64,000 nt of DNA from Gordius albopunctatus (taxonomy: Eukaryota), in assembly GCA_964276515.1 (NCBI GenBank), contig OZ193909.1:11842001-11906000 (forward strand). The letters run 5' to 3'. The notes beneath the pieces are model-generated. The model searched no databases. It was not told where the DNA came from and worked only from the letters and a program-made list of their open reading frames with translations. Position 1 is the stretch's first letter; every line of letters begins with the position of its first letter. This document shows, piece after piece, positions 22,601 to 34,184 of this stretch. A program made the position numbers and the translations under genes.

Positions 22601-23382
22601 CTTGTATTTCCTTTTCCAATGATTCGAAGAATATGTCTTTCTCTGATTCCGAACACCCAATTTGGGGAGCATACGCGCACATAACGGTTAAGAGGCCCCC
22701 TTGATCCTCAATCTTCACCCACATTAGCCTGTCGGAACAACGTTTGACTTCCACCACTTTGTCCTTGAACGATTCGCTTAGAACGATACCGACCCCGTTT
22801 CTACGATTTGGTGACCCACTGTAGAAAAGCTTGTATCCTTCTCCTAATTCCCGAGCTTTCGTTCCGTTCCACCTAGTCTCTTGTAGGCAGGCGATGTGTA
22901 CCTTTCTTCTTTTTAACATCTGTGCGACCTCGATGCTCTTTCCCGTCAACGTTCCCACATTCCAGCACGTAATTCGCATTCTTTCCACAACTAGTTTCCT
23001 TAACCCTAGTGTATTTTTCACATTGCACGGGCGGGGTATGCAGTGCGCGTCGTTTGTGGAGGACGCCCTAGCCTTTTCTTGTAAAATCTCGTTTGAAACT
23101 ATCATAAATTTTGGAGTTGATTTTTATAGCCGGTTTCCGACCTGACGCCAACCCTCCACTTTTTGCACACGGACATATGCAAATTAAAATTCATAGTAGC
23201 CTTTTTAATTTGTTTTGTAATAATTAAAAAAGTTTAATAAATATTCAAATCGATTTCGAATCCTTAAATTTTTTTGGAATCGAATTCGAATCTTCCTTTT
23301 AAGATTCGTCGAATCTCGAATCGAATATTTTTTTTTGAAAAAAAAATTTGAATCCGAATCGAATACGAAATCCAGAGGCGTA
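19673..23382. mobile_element. hAT-like MITE (tacgcctctgg / ccagaggcgta, gaatccgaatc subterminal repeats) hosting the second RTE
   Basis: 8-bp TSD catgtacc at 19665-19672 and 23383-23390. Confidence 0.82.
20151..23105 (-). CDS. RTE LINE ORF: APE + RT (984 aa); element about 20140-23174, slightly 5'-truncated
   Basis: CWNVGTL, QETRW, GADFNAH, SQIDY, FIDLEKAYD and YADD motifs. (GAA)n tail after the stop. The 5' UTR is homologous to that of the 12824-15895 copy. Confidence 0.95.
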   Translation of the reverse strand: MIVSNEILQEKARASSTNDAHCIPRPCNVKNTLGLRKLVVERMRITCWNVGTLTGKSIEVAQMLKRRKVHIACLQETRWNGTKARELGEGYKLFYSGSPNRRNGVGIVLSESFKDKVVEVKRCSDRLMWVKIEDQGGLLTVMCAYAPQIGCSESEKDIFFESLEKEIQGIRQEERLIIGADFNAHVGKDRLGYERNHGGYGHGRKNKEGEKLLQVSQAYDMAIVNTYFQKREDHIVTYRSGKHFSQIDYLLIRRKDLWSIKDCKVIPGEEIARQHRPLVMDLDRRVFPERRKVYEPRIRYERLKNTSTNEEYHQKASSLLGARKLQRDVDKDWETLSKDIKETTICFLGQTKGGKAMNRELWWWDPSVKDFIEIKKNLYRRWHKSKKSEDYQEYRDAKKAAKKAVAKAKNAAYTEMANKLDHKGGDRFMYKLAKIREKKSRDVGVLKIVKSEKGQTLFKPKEVMERWKGYFKKRMNIANDKDSLPEIEPNISMVELFQKDEVRTQMNKMQKGKANGPDGILMEALLGCREEGVPTMTNLLNKILVEERIHNQWRESTIIPLFKGKRDPQDCGNYRGIKLTCHSLKLLERILVTRLKNEVEISANQFGFVAGKSTIDPIFALRQMMDKYGEKRKDLHMVFIDLEKAYDTVPRDLIWWCLRKQNIPDAYIRLMKNIYEASNSCVRTTVGDSKPFRVNIGLHQGSALSPFLFNIIIDTITRDFQKPSPWCMLYADDIVLCEETREKVFEEAEKWSKRLAGYGLKANDRKTVYMEMNGTSTPSLDEHLKYPKVDRFDYLGSMLHQEGGCATEINARIQKGWLKWRSISGVMCDKKMPIWLKSKAYKSIVRPVLLYGSETWALNTTEEKLLQATEMRMIRWSLGYAKLDHMTNDFLMTKMGIQPMADMINENRLRWYGNILRRYPDDVNRKVLDMKIPGKRGRGRPRVTWKRQVDKVMETKEILQDMALTRSRWKRLIKTNPTNVGPNN

Positions 23383-23433
23383 CATGTACCCACCTATTAT
23401 ATTGTTATTATAAAAACATCCATCCCTACAATC

Positions 23434-23696
23434 TAGAGACCTGCAACGGGCCTGTTTAGGTCAGCCGGCCCGCCCGTTATAAAATTTAAAGGCACGGGCC
23501 GGGCCCGGGCCCGTCAAAAAAAGGTGTTAGGCCCGGCCCCGGCCCGCTGATTTTTTGCTTTTTTACAAAGCCCGAGCCCGGCCCGGGCCCGTATATAAAA
23601 ACTTAAGTTTGCTACTTTCTGTGTTGGATTTTAATTTTTTTATTAAAATATTTAATCAATATATCTATATATTACAAATATTAATAATAATCATTT
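23434..23696 (-). mobile_element. hAT terminal fragment (tagagacctgcaacgggcc end with ggcccg repeats)
   Basis: Nearly identical to the 26674 terminus and to the sequence flanking the transposase stop at about 26885-26985. Confidence 0.75.
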
Positions 23697-24424
23697 GTAT
23701 TGAATGCATTTCTTTTTTATCATCAATTAATAATAATTGTTTAAATAATAATTATCATTTAATTAATATAAAAAATAATTTTGGTTTAATATATCCCTCT
23801 AAAGAATTAATTATATTATGTAAAGCTCCGTACTACTCTATCTTTAATAACTTTAAAAATAGAAATTTATTAAATAAAAAAAACATAAATTTAATAATAT
23901 TAAATAAAATATTGTCTCATCTAATCGGTTCTAATATTTTTAATACATTAAACAATCACCTTACTAATCAAGATTTTATACATTTAAATATTTTAATTAA
24001 TTAATTGTAAAATCTAATACAATCTCAATTCATGGCTCGATGCCAGCTTATTAATTTAATATATTTTAGCATATAACATACATAATTATTTGGAAATAAA
24101 CTTCTATCGATAAAAATTTTTTTAATAGTTTTGAAAAATCTTAAAATTCTTTTTAATAATCATTCCTGTAATATAAATCAAAGATTAAGAATTAATTGAA
24201 TAAAAATGTTTTATTTTTATGCCAATAATAGTCAATTTACCTTTCTCACTAATTTTTAATAAATTTGAACGAACGTCAATAAATTAATATTATACATAAT
24301 ATAGATGGCGCTATATTTATAAAACAAACATGATATTTATTTAAGAATGCTGTTCCTCTCTTGATAAATGTATTTGCCTCGATAGGTTGTACATTGGTCC
24401 TTAGGAAGCTCTTCTCTTCTATGA
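23697..24424 (+). mobile_element. P-element/THAP9-like transposase C-terminal remnant and probable right end
   Basis: LINIKNNFGLIYPSKELIILCK...NIFNTLNNH resembles P-type transposase C-termini. tagatggcgct motif and a terminal ...tctatg. Confidence 0.5.
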
Positions 24425-24657
24425 GTGTAATATCTAACCATCATATTTTTTGGACATAAAAAAACCACAAACAAAAGAAGACATTTGCATATTTTTGAGA
24501 GAACCCTAAAAAAATTATTATAGATTTTACTTCGAGAAAGTGTAGAGATAATAAATGAGTTTTATTTTTCTTCATACACCGGAAATTTCTTTTCCATGTA
24601 TGGATGAATAAATTTTTCAAAAGTGGCAAAGTAGTCAATTTGTTACTTGATATCGCT

Positions 24658-26050
24658 CAGTGGTCAGATTTTTTGGGAATTTTCTGCCCCAACCCGGCCC
24701 GACTACATTTTTTATTATCATTGCCCGCCCGGGCCCGCCCGAATTGTGAAAGCTGCCCGAATTCCCCGGCCCGAAATATTAAATTTGCCCGTTAGTCCCG
24801 AATTTATGAGGTCCCAAAAAGAAGTCGGAGTAGTTAAAAATTTTTTGCCCGAACTCGGCCCGGTACAAATTTTTAACTAAATTGCCCGCCTGAACCCTTC
24901 TAAGTGTCGACTCAGTCATGCCCAAACCATTAGAGCTGCCCGGCCTGATTAATAAAATTTTACCGGTAGACCCGAAATTATCCAATCCCAAAATCTTTCA
25001 ACCACTATTACAAAATAAGCATTAAATTAATGGCATATTGATCCAAACAAAGGTGACAATATTTTATTATTGATAATTATTATGTAAAAATAACAAATCG
25101 TCGACAATTTCCGGGGATAATCTTGTGCGTCTTTCCTCTATTAATCTTCCTGCCATGGAAAAACTTATTTCACTAGCAGCACTCGTCGCCGAGATGGCAA
25201 AGAGTATTTTTGTAAACCTTGCTAATTTAGGATACCTAAAATAGTTATAATTTTTAATAACTTTAATGTGACTTGTTTGCTTCATTTTTCCACCATGTTT
25301 TTTAGTTGTTAAGAAAGATGAATTACAATTATGAGCGTTGTTAGAAAATGGCATGAGCCTTTGTTTTAAGTCTAGACGGTGGGCTTTGGCTACATAAATA
25401 TAAATAATCCAATCCTTACCATAATGGAGTAGGGCAAAGATTTAACTGAACGCGATAAAAATGTAATAAAATAATTTACTACCAGAGAGTAAAATGGTTT
25501 CTTCCATAGTATTAGATTAGAGTAGCTGTTTACATGGGCGTAGCCAGCATTAAAATTAGAGGGGGGCAATAATGATTTAGGGAGGGCCAAAATGATCATT
25601 TTTTGAAAATTTAGCCATAATTTTAATACATTTTAACAAATTTTTGAGTTTAGAGGGGAGCAGCTGCCCCTTCTTGCCCCCCCCCCTTGTCTACGCCCAT
25701 GGCAGTTTAAATCGTTATAATTTTATTCTTTTATAATATAATCTAAAAATTAAAAGTTTTGATCTTGAGACAAACCAGTTAAACTAATTTATTCGAAATA
25801 AAATTTAATTTTGAAGAAATTGAAATTAGGACATTATATAAACGTACAATGAAGATTTAAGCGATGGAAAAAAATCTAGTCAAATTTATTATGACCCAAA
25901 ATCGTTTATAAGCAAATTTTTCTTTTTTCAAGGAAAATAAATTTGATAAAATTTTGGGCATGCCCGAATCTTATCAGCGTGCCCGCCCGGACCCGTCCGA
26001 AAATTAAAATTTAAGGTAGTTGCCGCCGGGCCGGGCATTTCTGGTCTCTG
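24658..26050 (-). mobile_element. hAT deletion derivative inserted in the Gypsy 3' LTR (hATC dimerisation ORF 25067-25354)
   Basis: YPKLA...SATSAASEISFSMAG..IEERRTRLSPEIVDDLLFL. Ends cagtggtcaga / tctggtctctg; flanks atcgct / gtcgct. Confidence 0.75.
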
Positions 26051-26673
26051 GTCGCTAATGCCTAAAGCGCCACAATACTCCCCTTCCAGATATATTTAAG
26101 GTTTTAAATATGTCGATACAAATTGGCTAAAACTTATGTGATGTATTCACGAAGATTTTTCGGCCAATGGACTTTTCTACCTTTTATAGTTACTTAGGCT
26201 GGTTATTCTGTCTCTTGGGTCGTTGCTTTAACTCGAGTTTCGTCGGCAATCTGAAAGGATGCTCCTGTCTACTAAGATGGCAGGGTTTTAATCTGTCTAT
26301 TGAGACTGAATCTCTTTTATTATTTTTTTCTATGACGAAGTATTTTGGTTCGCGTTTTAACACTTTGAACGGTCCGTCGTACGGTGAGGTGAGTGGCCTG
26401 CGAACTGCGTCGTTTCTGACAAAAACATGAGAAGTTTCTAACAGATCCTGACTAACCTGTTCTTTTGTCTTTTTGTGATGTTGCGGTATGAGGTACGTAC
26501 GGTATTGCAATCATTGTCTTTCTTAGTTTGTCTACAAAGTTATGCAGTTCCATTTCCGGTTGTTGGTTGTCCTCAGGTAGCTGTAGAAAATATTCTTTAG
26601 GCAGTCTTATGTTGGTTCCATATACGAGTTCGGATGGTGTTAGTCCAATGTCTTCCTTGATTGTGGCACGGAT

Positions 26674-28290
26674 TAGAGACCTGCAACGGGCCTGTTTAGG
26701 TCAGTCGGCCTGGCCCACTAATTAATTGCAAAGCCCGGGCCCGGCACGGGCCCGTAAAAAATAAAGGTGATAGGCCCGGGCCCAGCCCGCTAATTGATTG
26801 CGAAATCCGGGCCCGGCCCCGTAAAAATTAAAGGGGATAGGCCCGTGCCCGACCCCCTAATTAATTGCAAAGCCCGAGCCCGGCCCGTACAAAAATTTTT
26901 AGTTTGCTAATTTCTGTTGGATTTTGTTTTTTTTTATTAAAATAAATCAATATATCTATATATTACAAATATTAATAATAATCATGTAAAAATAATAAAT
27001 CATCAATTATCTCGGGTCTCAAGCGAGTTCTTCTTTCTTCAATCAATCGACCTGCAGTTGAAAAATTTCTTTCACTAGTGGCACTTGTGGCAGGAATACA
27101 TAAAGCTTTATATGCTAAATGAGATAGTTTTGGATACCTAATTTAAGGTTGAATTGATATTAATAACATTTACTTCGCTTCTTTGGCTTGCCACCATTTT
27201 ATAAGATCAAAACATTCAGGATCTACATATTCTTCAAGATATTGATTAAATTCATTTGTTGATGAATGTATGCTTTCATTATCCTCCCATTCCGAAAATA
27301 CGCATTTAGATTTTTTTAGTTAAAATATTACTAAAATTTTGTCTTAACATTTAAAATCTTACCTTGAGACATATTATTGTCATTTTCTGTATTCACGGAA
27401 GAACTATCTGATTGAGTAAAATCATCGCGATCTATAAGACTTTTTATTTCTTCATAAGTCTCCCTTTTCTCTTGAGTAGTAGCCATTTTCATGTGTTTAA
27501 ATTTGGGGTGAAGCGCCGTAGCCATTCTATGTAAGGAATGGATGGTATATATTTTATTAATCAATTCTTTAATTTTATTTTTAATATTTCTAATTTTATT
27601 GTCGAAAAATCCATCATTTTCTATCGTATTAATTAATTTCAATTTCCATAAAAATACATGAGGCATAGTGGATTTTGAGTCCGCCTCTAATTGTGTGCTT
27701 GCTTCTTTAAAATGCCTCAATAACTAAATAGTGGATTTTAGCAAAGGTTTGTTTATATTAACCAACATAAAGGTTTCATTCCTTTTTGTTAAAATCTCTT
27801 CAACTTCATCTAACATATTATTAACACTTTCCAAAAGATTCAATTTAGAATTCCACCTAACAGCTACATCTTGATATAAACAATGGCTTAGATTTCTATT
27901 TAAGCCACTTTGCTTAAAGTACCGTACTAGAGTTTTAGTTTCATTTATCATGTTCAAGACATCTGGAGCATTTTCTTCCAAAAATAATTCATTAAAAGCC
28001 CCTTTAATGATATTATTTATCTGGTGAGCCTTACAGTCCAGTCGTCTATAATTTTGTAGAGCATTTACGATATTGGCCCCTTGATCTGAAACAAATGTAA
28101 TTTTAAAAATATCATTTAGAGAAAATCCGAATGATGTTAATACTATTTTGCAACGGGCTTTTAGCGGGCCTCAGTTTAATCTAGACCCGGCCCGAGCCCG
28201 TTAGGGAATTGAACGGCCCATCCAGCCCCGGCACGTTTATTATTTTTAAACCTAAAGCCCGGCCCGCGGGCCGGGTCGTGCACGTCTCTA
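26674..28290 (-). mobile_element. hAT deletion derivative with transposase core/C-terminal remnants, inserted in the Gypsy integrase
   Basis: Perfect 8-bp TSD gcacggat; TIR tagagac.tgca. VSDQGANI, C..H, VAVRWNSK, ALHPKFK and PATSATSERNFS motifs. Confidence 0.9.
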
Positions 28291-31200
28291 GCACGGATAC
28301 CAAGTGACACGAGTGGAAGAACTTCACTCCATTTGATTTTTTCGATTGCTTTTAAAGATGCCTTTAATTGTCTGTGGAAGCGTTCCACCAGTCCGTTGGC
28401 GGATGGGTTATAGGCAGTGTTTTTTATATGTTTGCATCCTAATGTGTTGGAGAGTTGTCTGAATAGTCCTGACTGAAACTGAGATCCTCTGTCGGTAGTA
28501 ATTGTACTTAAGACGCCGTAATCGGCTATCCAACTTTCGATTAGCTTGGAAGCGATCTCTTCGGTAGATGTTTCTTTGAGTGGAACGGCCATAGGCCATG
28601 TCGAGAAACGATCGATTTCTGTCAGAATGTGAGTAAAACCGTTTGAAGGTGGTAATGGTCCAACTAAATCGACATGTATGTGTGAGAATCTTGCTTCTGG
28701 TTGTGCGAAAGTCCCGGGCGTCGTTATAGCTTGTTTATGAACTTTGTTTAGTTAGCATTTTAAACAACACTTAGCCCAATTTCTAACGTCTTAGTTCATC
28801 AAAGGCCACACATACACTCTTGAAATCAGTTTGCTTCTCGCTCGTATGCCAGGGTGAGAAAAAGCATGAAAGTAATCGAAAACCTTTCTTCTGAGTGTAT
28901 CAGGTAATACCGGTCGGGGTTTAGTGGTTGAAACCTGAAAGATCACAAAAAACCTTACACTCTGATCCTGGGATGAATTAGTTGTAGCTTTAACGATGAT
29001 GATTCTTTTAAGTTCCTCAGTGTTTGGTCGGTCCTTTGATGCTTACTAATTTCTTCTAGGTTGGGAATTTCAGGTAAATTAATGGAATCTACCTCCGTCC
29101 GAGAGAGCACTTCTGCAACTGTGTTACTTTCACCTTTGATGTACCGAATATCAGTTGTGAATTGCGATATTAGGTCCAATTGTCTTGTTTCTCTAGGTGA
29201 ATATTGGTCAGGTTTAGCGTTAAAGGCGTAAATTAGTAGTTTGTGGTCAGTATACACGGAGAAACTACGACCCTCTAAAATATGGCGAAAGTGCTTAATA
29301 GCTAAATAAATTGCAAGAAGCTCCTGGCCGAAATTCTATATTGCGTCTGCGTTGTTTGCAGCTTGACCGAATAAAATGCTATTGGTTATACCTAGTCTAA
29401 AATTACCTGTTTCAATAGTGCTCCGACTGCTATGTCCGATTCGTCTATAGTTAACCTTATTTCTATTCGTGGATCTGTATCTAAGAAACTAAGTGCGGTA
29501 AAATCTGCTAAAGCTGATTTTGCTTTTTCGAACGCTTTTATCTGGTCGTCGTTGAAAGTTAAAGATTTTTTTTGCTTCTTTAACAAGTCCGTTAAAGGTT
29601 GAAGGGTTCGAAAAATTCCGGGTAGGAATCTACGATTCGGGGGTCAAAGGCCTGTAGTCGTTGTAAAACGGTTCTTAAGTGATTTTCGTGTTCTCTTTCC
29701 GAGGTGCTGGTTATAAGTATATCGTCGATATAAGCTTAGGCATAGTTGAGTCCTTTTAACACTTCATCTATGAACCGTTGAAATGTCTGAGCCGCGTTTC
29801 TTAGACCAAAGGGCATTCTAGTAAATTCGTATAAACCAAATGGCGTTGTCACGTCTGTTTTGTTGATGTCACCTGCTGCAATTGGAATGTGGTGATATGT
29901 TCTTACCAGGTCGAGCTTTAAAAATATTGTTTTGTTGTGGAGGTTGGCGGAAAAATCATATATGTGAGGAATGGGATACCGATCAGGCAATGTGACTTTG
30001 TTCAGACCGCGATATTCCCCACACGGTCTCCAGTCGCCTGACGTTTTGGCAGCCAGATGTAATGGGGATGACCAATTACTCTTTGACTCTCTGATGATGC
30101 CAGGTTCCAGCATATATTCGAACTCCTTTTTGGATGTACTTAATTTATCGGGCGCAAATCGTCTGGGGCGTGAGTGCTGTGTTGGGGCTTTTATCAGAAT
30201 GTGTTGTCGTACATCGTGCGGTGGAATCTGTCGGTTGAAGTTTAGAGAGGATATGAGATACGGAAATTCGTGCAGAATTGCATCGAATTTTGTGCTGTGA
30301 TTGCTGAGGGCTACACGGATACCGAATGTCGGATGTGGTGAAGTTGTGCCTTTGGATGATAGCTGGGTAGTACTATCTATGAGTCGTTTATTGTTGATGT
30401 CCACAACCAACTTATAGTGGTGTAATAAACAGCTCCAATTATGGGGATGTGCTAAAAATATCCATTTGAATTCCCGTCGTAAGCCAAGGTCTAAGCGCAA
30501 TACGACTTGTCCGTATATGTGGATGTAGGTTTGGTTAGCCGCTTGTAGAGTTGGGCCATGCGGGATCAATGGATGTTTGGGGGGGGAGGGTGGGATAACG
30601 CTAACTTCAGCCCTCGTATTGACGAGGTATTTCCGTTGGGTGGACCGATCGAATAAATAGAATAGGCGGCTGAAGGTACCCATATGGGACGGCCCGTCAG
30701 TTTTTTTGTTGGGGGTTGGTGTTAAAATTGCATGGCTGCATGCACTTCTTCGCTTTCTTTCCGAGTTAATTTATTTACTCTGAGTTCTAATTGTGACACA
30801 GCCTTGATAAGTTCCTGCACTTCGTTTGTTTTAATATTGGGAATAGGAATATTAGGGATCAGAATGTTGGTAGGAGGGTTATTTGGAGTGAGGTTATAAG
30901 GAGTAGCTACTGATGCCAAGCTGCTGACTCTGAAAGTTTCGTGAATCCTATCAGCAACGTCTGCGATACGATTTAGTGATTGATCATCTCCCATAGTAGC
31001 CAAAATGCTTACCACATGCATGTTGGGGTAGCTTGTCCATCGAGAGGCTTTTTAGGATTTTTCGTCCATCACATTATTACCTAAACGATATTTTAAGTAT
31101 CTTACCAACTGGGAGCGGGTGCGGTCTCCAAGAAATATCTCAGAGAATAAATTCCTTATTCTCTTCTCATCACTGTCTCCTAGTCTTTTCACGATTGCTT

Positions 31201-31799
31201 CCTTCAGTTTGTCGTAAGAGGCAGATTCTGGAACCGCGAATATGAGGTCTGCCACCTCTTCCGCGACTTCTGGGGGTAGTGATTCGACTAGGTAGGAATA
31301 CTTAGTCTTATGCGAGGATATGTTGCGTGTGTGAAACACTGCTTCTACCTGTGACAACCATATGCGTACATTTTTAGGATGAAATTCAGGAATTCTCACA
31401 TGAACTGCGCTTTCTATTTGTTCATTGGAGTCTGGGATTGTCGTGTTTGTTTCCATAACGTTTCAGGTCACAAATATAATGATTGTAAGGTGTTTATTTT
31501 TCACACACACAATAAGGACAAATATCAATTAACAATGAAATAAAATATGAGCAAAATTTGGTATGATAGAATATTCGTTAGTGTGAGTTATAATATCCTG
31601 CGCGTTGAAGTGATTGATGAATGTTTTTGTATTGCGGAAGTTTTATCCCGGAATTTTGATGGATGGATGAATGAATTTTTTAAAAGTCACAAAGTAGTCA
31701 ATTTGTTACTTGATGTCGCCAATGTCTAAAACGCCACACTACCCAATTCATTATTTTTTTATTTAACTTGAAAAAAGGGTACATATTTTGTGCGTTGAT

Positions 31800-32553
31800 A
31801 AGCAGTATTTAACTTGAAAAAAGGGTACATATTTTGTGCGTTGATAAGCAGTCTATATCTAGTCTATGTTGTTTTAACACATTTATGTCCTTTAAGATGG
31901 GATGTTCCATCAGATGGTTTGTAGGATAAATACTTTTTGCAAGTTTTGCACATGCAAATATTAGCTTGGTCGTCATTTTCATCAAGCAGTATATCAAATT
32001 TTTTCCACACCTCACTCTTAAAATTATGGTTCAATTTAATTTTAAAAATATTTATCATAAGTTCTTTTGTCAGACCTTATTAATTCTTCAGGCATGCTAA
32101 TATGTTATGTACTATATATAAAACAATCATTAAATTAAAATTTTGTTATAGAGTAAAAATCTCAAATATTCATATAAGTTTTTTAAATGAATATATTCAA
32201 AATCTTAATCTTAAAATTTTATTAACTTACTATTGAGTTTTTGATTAGAAGGACATTAATGTATTTTTTTGTATATAATAGCTGATGGAAGCTTATCAAT
32301 TTGAATTGCGCTCTATTTTTGTAAATGAATGAATAAAGAAGGAAATTTAATTGTATTTTCATTGTCAATTAGACCCTTAATTAAAAACTAATAAAAAACA
32401 GTTCAACATATCTTTTTTCACATTATCTTGCTAGTATAATAAATACCGGAACTATTTTGCAACGGGCTTTTAGCGGGCCTCAGTTTAATCTAGGCCCGGC
32501 CCGAGCCCGTTAGGGATTTAAACCTAAGCCGGACCGGGCCGTGCAGGTCTTTA
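31800..32553 (-). mobile_element. hAT 5' end with BED zinc-finger remnant, same family as 26674-28290
   Basis: KSEVWKKF...CKTCKKYLSY..GTSHLKGHKC. 32451-32516 is nearly identical to 28142-28207. Terminal gtgcaggtcttta. Confidence 0.8.
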
Positions 32554-34184
32554 ATCCACACATCTATATATATAATTCACTATGTCTAACTACCCTTTCA
32601 TTAAACAATGATATTATTTGTTAAGCACAGTTATTGTATTTATACATGAAATACCTGTGATCCCCCCTGTTTCTCTTTTTTCGCCTTTTTATTATTTAGC
32701 TATTTATTTTCGCACCTTTTTTCTAACTCCATGTGTACCTATTATTTTGTTATAAAAACATCCACCCCTACAATCGCTATTGTTAATTCCTCGATATAAC
32801 CAGTTTTGTAATTTCTATTGTTTTTTATATCGATATCTCCGTATTTAATAACTTTACTTCATTTTTAATTTTTGAGACTTCAACTTCTCCCTTTTTTATT
32901 TTTATTATTTTTTCCCCTGATGATGGGCTTTTATAGCCAGAAATATCGCGTTCCATTTCCCTCTACCTACGCTATCAATCCAAATCGACCTATTTTATAC
33001 AATGACATTTATATAAACGGATTGAAAATTCTTGATTACATAATTCAATAATATTTCAAAATCGTTTTATGGTTTGAATAAGCTATTTGAACTATTTTAA
33101 AGATGTTTTATGAAGTTCTAATTAAATTAACATATGAATTTAGATTTATGTAGGTATATTTAAAATGAGTATAAATTTTTACTTTTCACAAAAATATTTC
33201 GACAGGACAAGGAAAGGAATGGGTTTTAATATGCTTTACAATGTAGGTTTTGTGAGACATGTCTTTATTTAAATATTTTGGTTTATCAAAAATGCTTTAA
33301 ATATTTGTTGGCTATGGTGTGCTTCTAGTTAAATTTCAGGTAAAGCTGAGCGACCAGGCATGACCCGAGCCCTATGTCCGATTATTTTATTTATTTTAGT
33401 TGAAGCCCGGCCCGATCCTCTTGAGATTGGAAAGGCTTGTTTCTATAAAAATAGATGGCAAAATACATGGGCGTAGCCAGCTTTAGGATTGGGGGGGGGG
33501 CAGTAATGATTTAGGGAGGGGCAAAGTGATCATTTTTGAAACTTTAGCCATAATTTTAATATATTTCAACAAATTTTTGCATTTAGAGCGGGGCAGCCGC
33601 TCCTCCCTGCCCCCTCTTGACTACGCCCATGGCAAAATATATTAACATGGTTGCTTAAATATAACCAAATTTACACAAATGTTCACTCATTTTATACACG
33701 AAAAGTTTAAAAAATCCAAATGTGTGATCTCGAAAAGGGTCAACTCATATATTTTGAAAGTAGCTTAGTTTAGGAAACAGATCATGTTCTATTTTCTGAA
33801 GGTTGCTGGAAAATAATAGTTAAAAAGTACTAAAATAATAGATCGTCGATATCTTTCAAATATTCCAAAAAACTTTGAATGTAATTATTAATAGTTTCGA
33901 TGGTGAACTTTTATATATAGTAGTATTATGGGCATAGCCAGGGTGGCAGAGAGGGGCGGCTGCCCCTTTTAAATCCAAAAATTCTTCAAAATTTATTATA
34001 ATTATGACTAAAATTACAAAAAATTGGTAATTTTGCCCCTCCCTAACTCATTATCGCCCCCCTCTAAATCCAATCCTGGGTACGCTCATGAGTATTATAT
34101 CATATTAATTGTTATGTTATTAGAACTTTGCTATGTAAATTTTAAGTTTAATAACATAAAATTGTGGAAAACATACATTATTAG

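Larger units (their letters stand above)
24580..31738 (-). mobile_element. Degenerate Gypsy (Ty3-like) LTR retrotransposon, interrupted twice by hAT elements
   Basis: 5' LTR about 31475-31738 (TG start) and a PBS-like tgtgacc. gag 31052-31456 and 30722-31021; protease/RT 29736-30683; RNase H 28955-29586; integrase about 28291-28930 and 26190-26673. PPT 26077-26087. The 3' LTR starts at 26074, resumes at 24657 and is truncated. Confidence 0.92.

Noticed and set aside
12834..23145. Many short + strand and alternative-frame ORFs over the RTE elements
   Set aside because: They are antisense or shadow frames of the RT/APE ORFs with no recognisable motifs. The same applies to shadows over the Gypsy and Helitron ORFs.
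23434..32553. One intact 9-kb hAT element
   Set aside because: The flanks (ctacaatc vs atccacac) do not form a TSD, so the two ends may come from separate insertions. They are reported as fragments.
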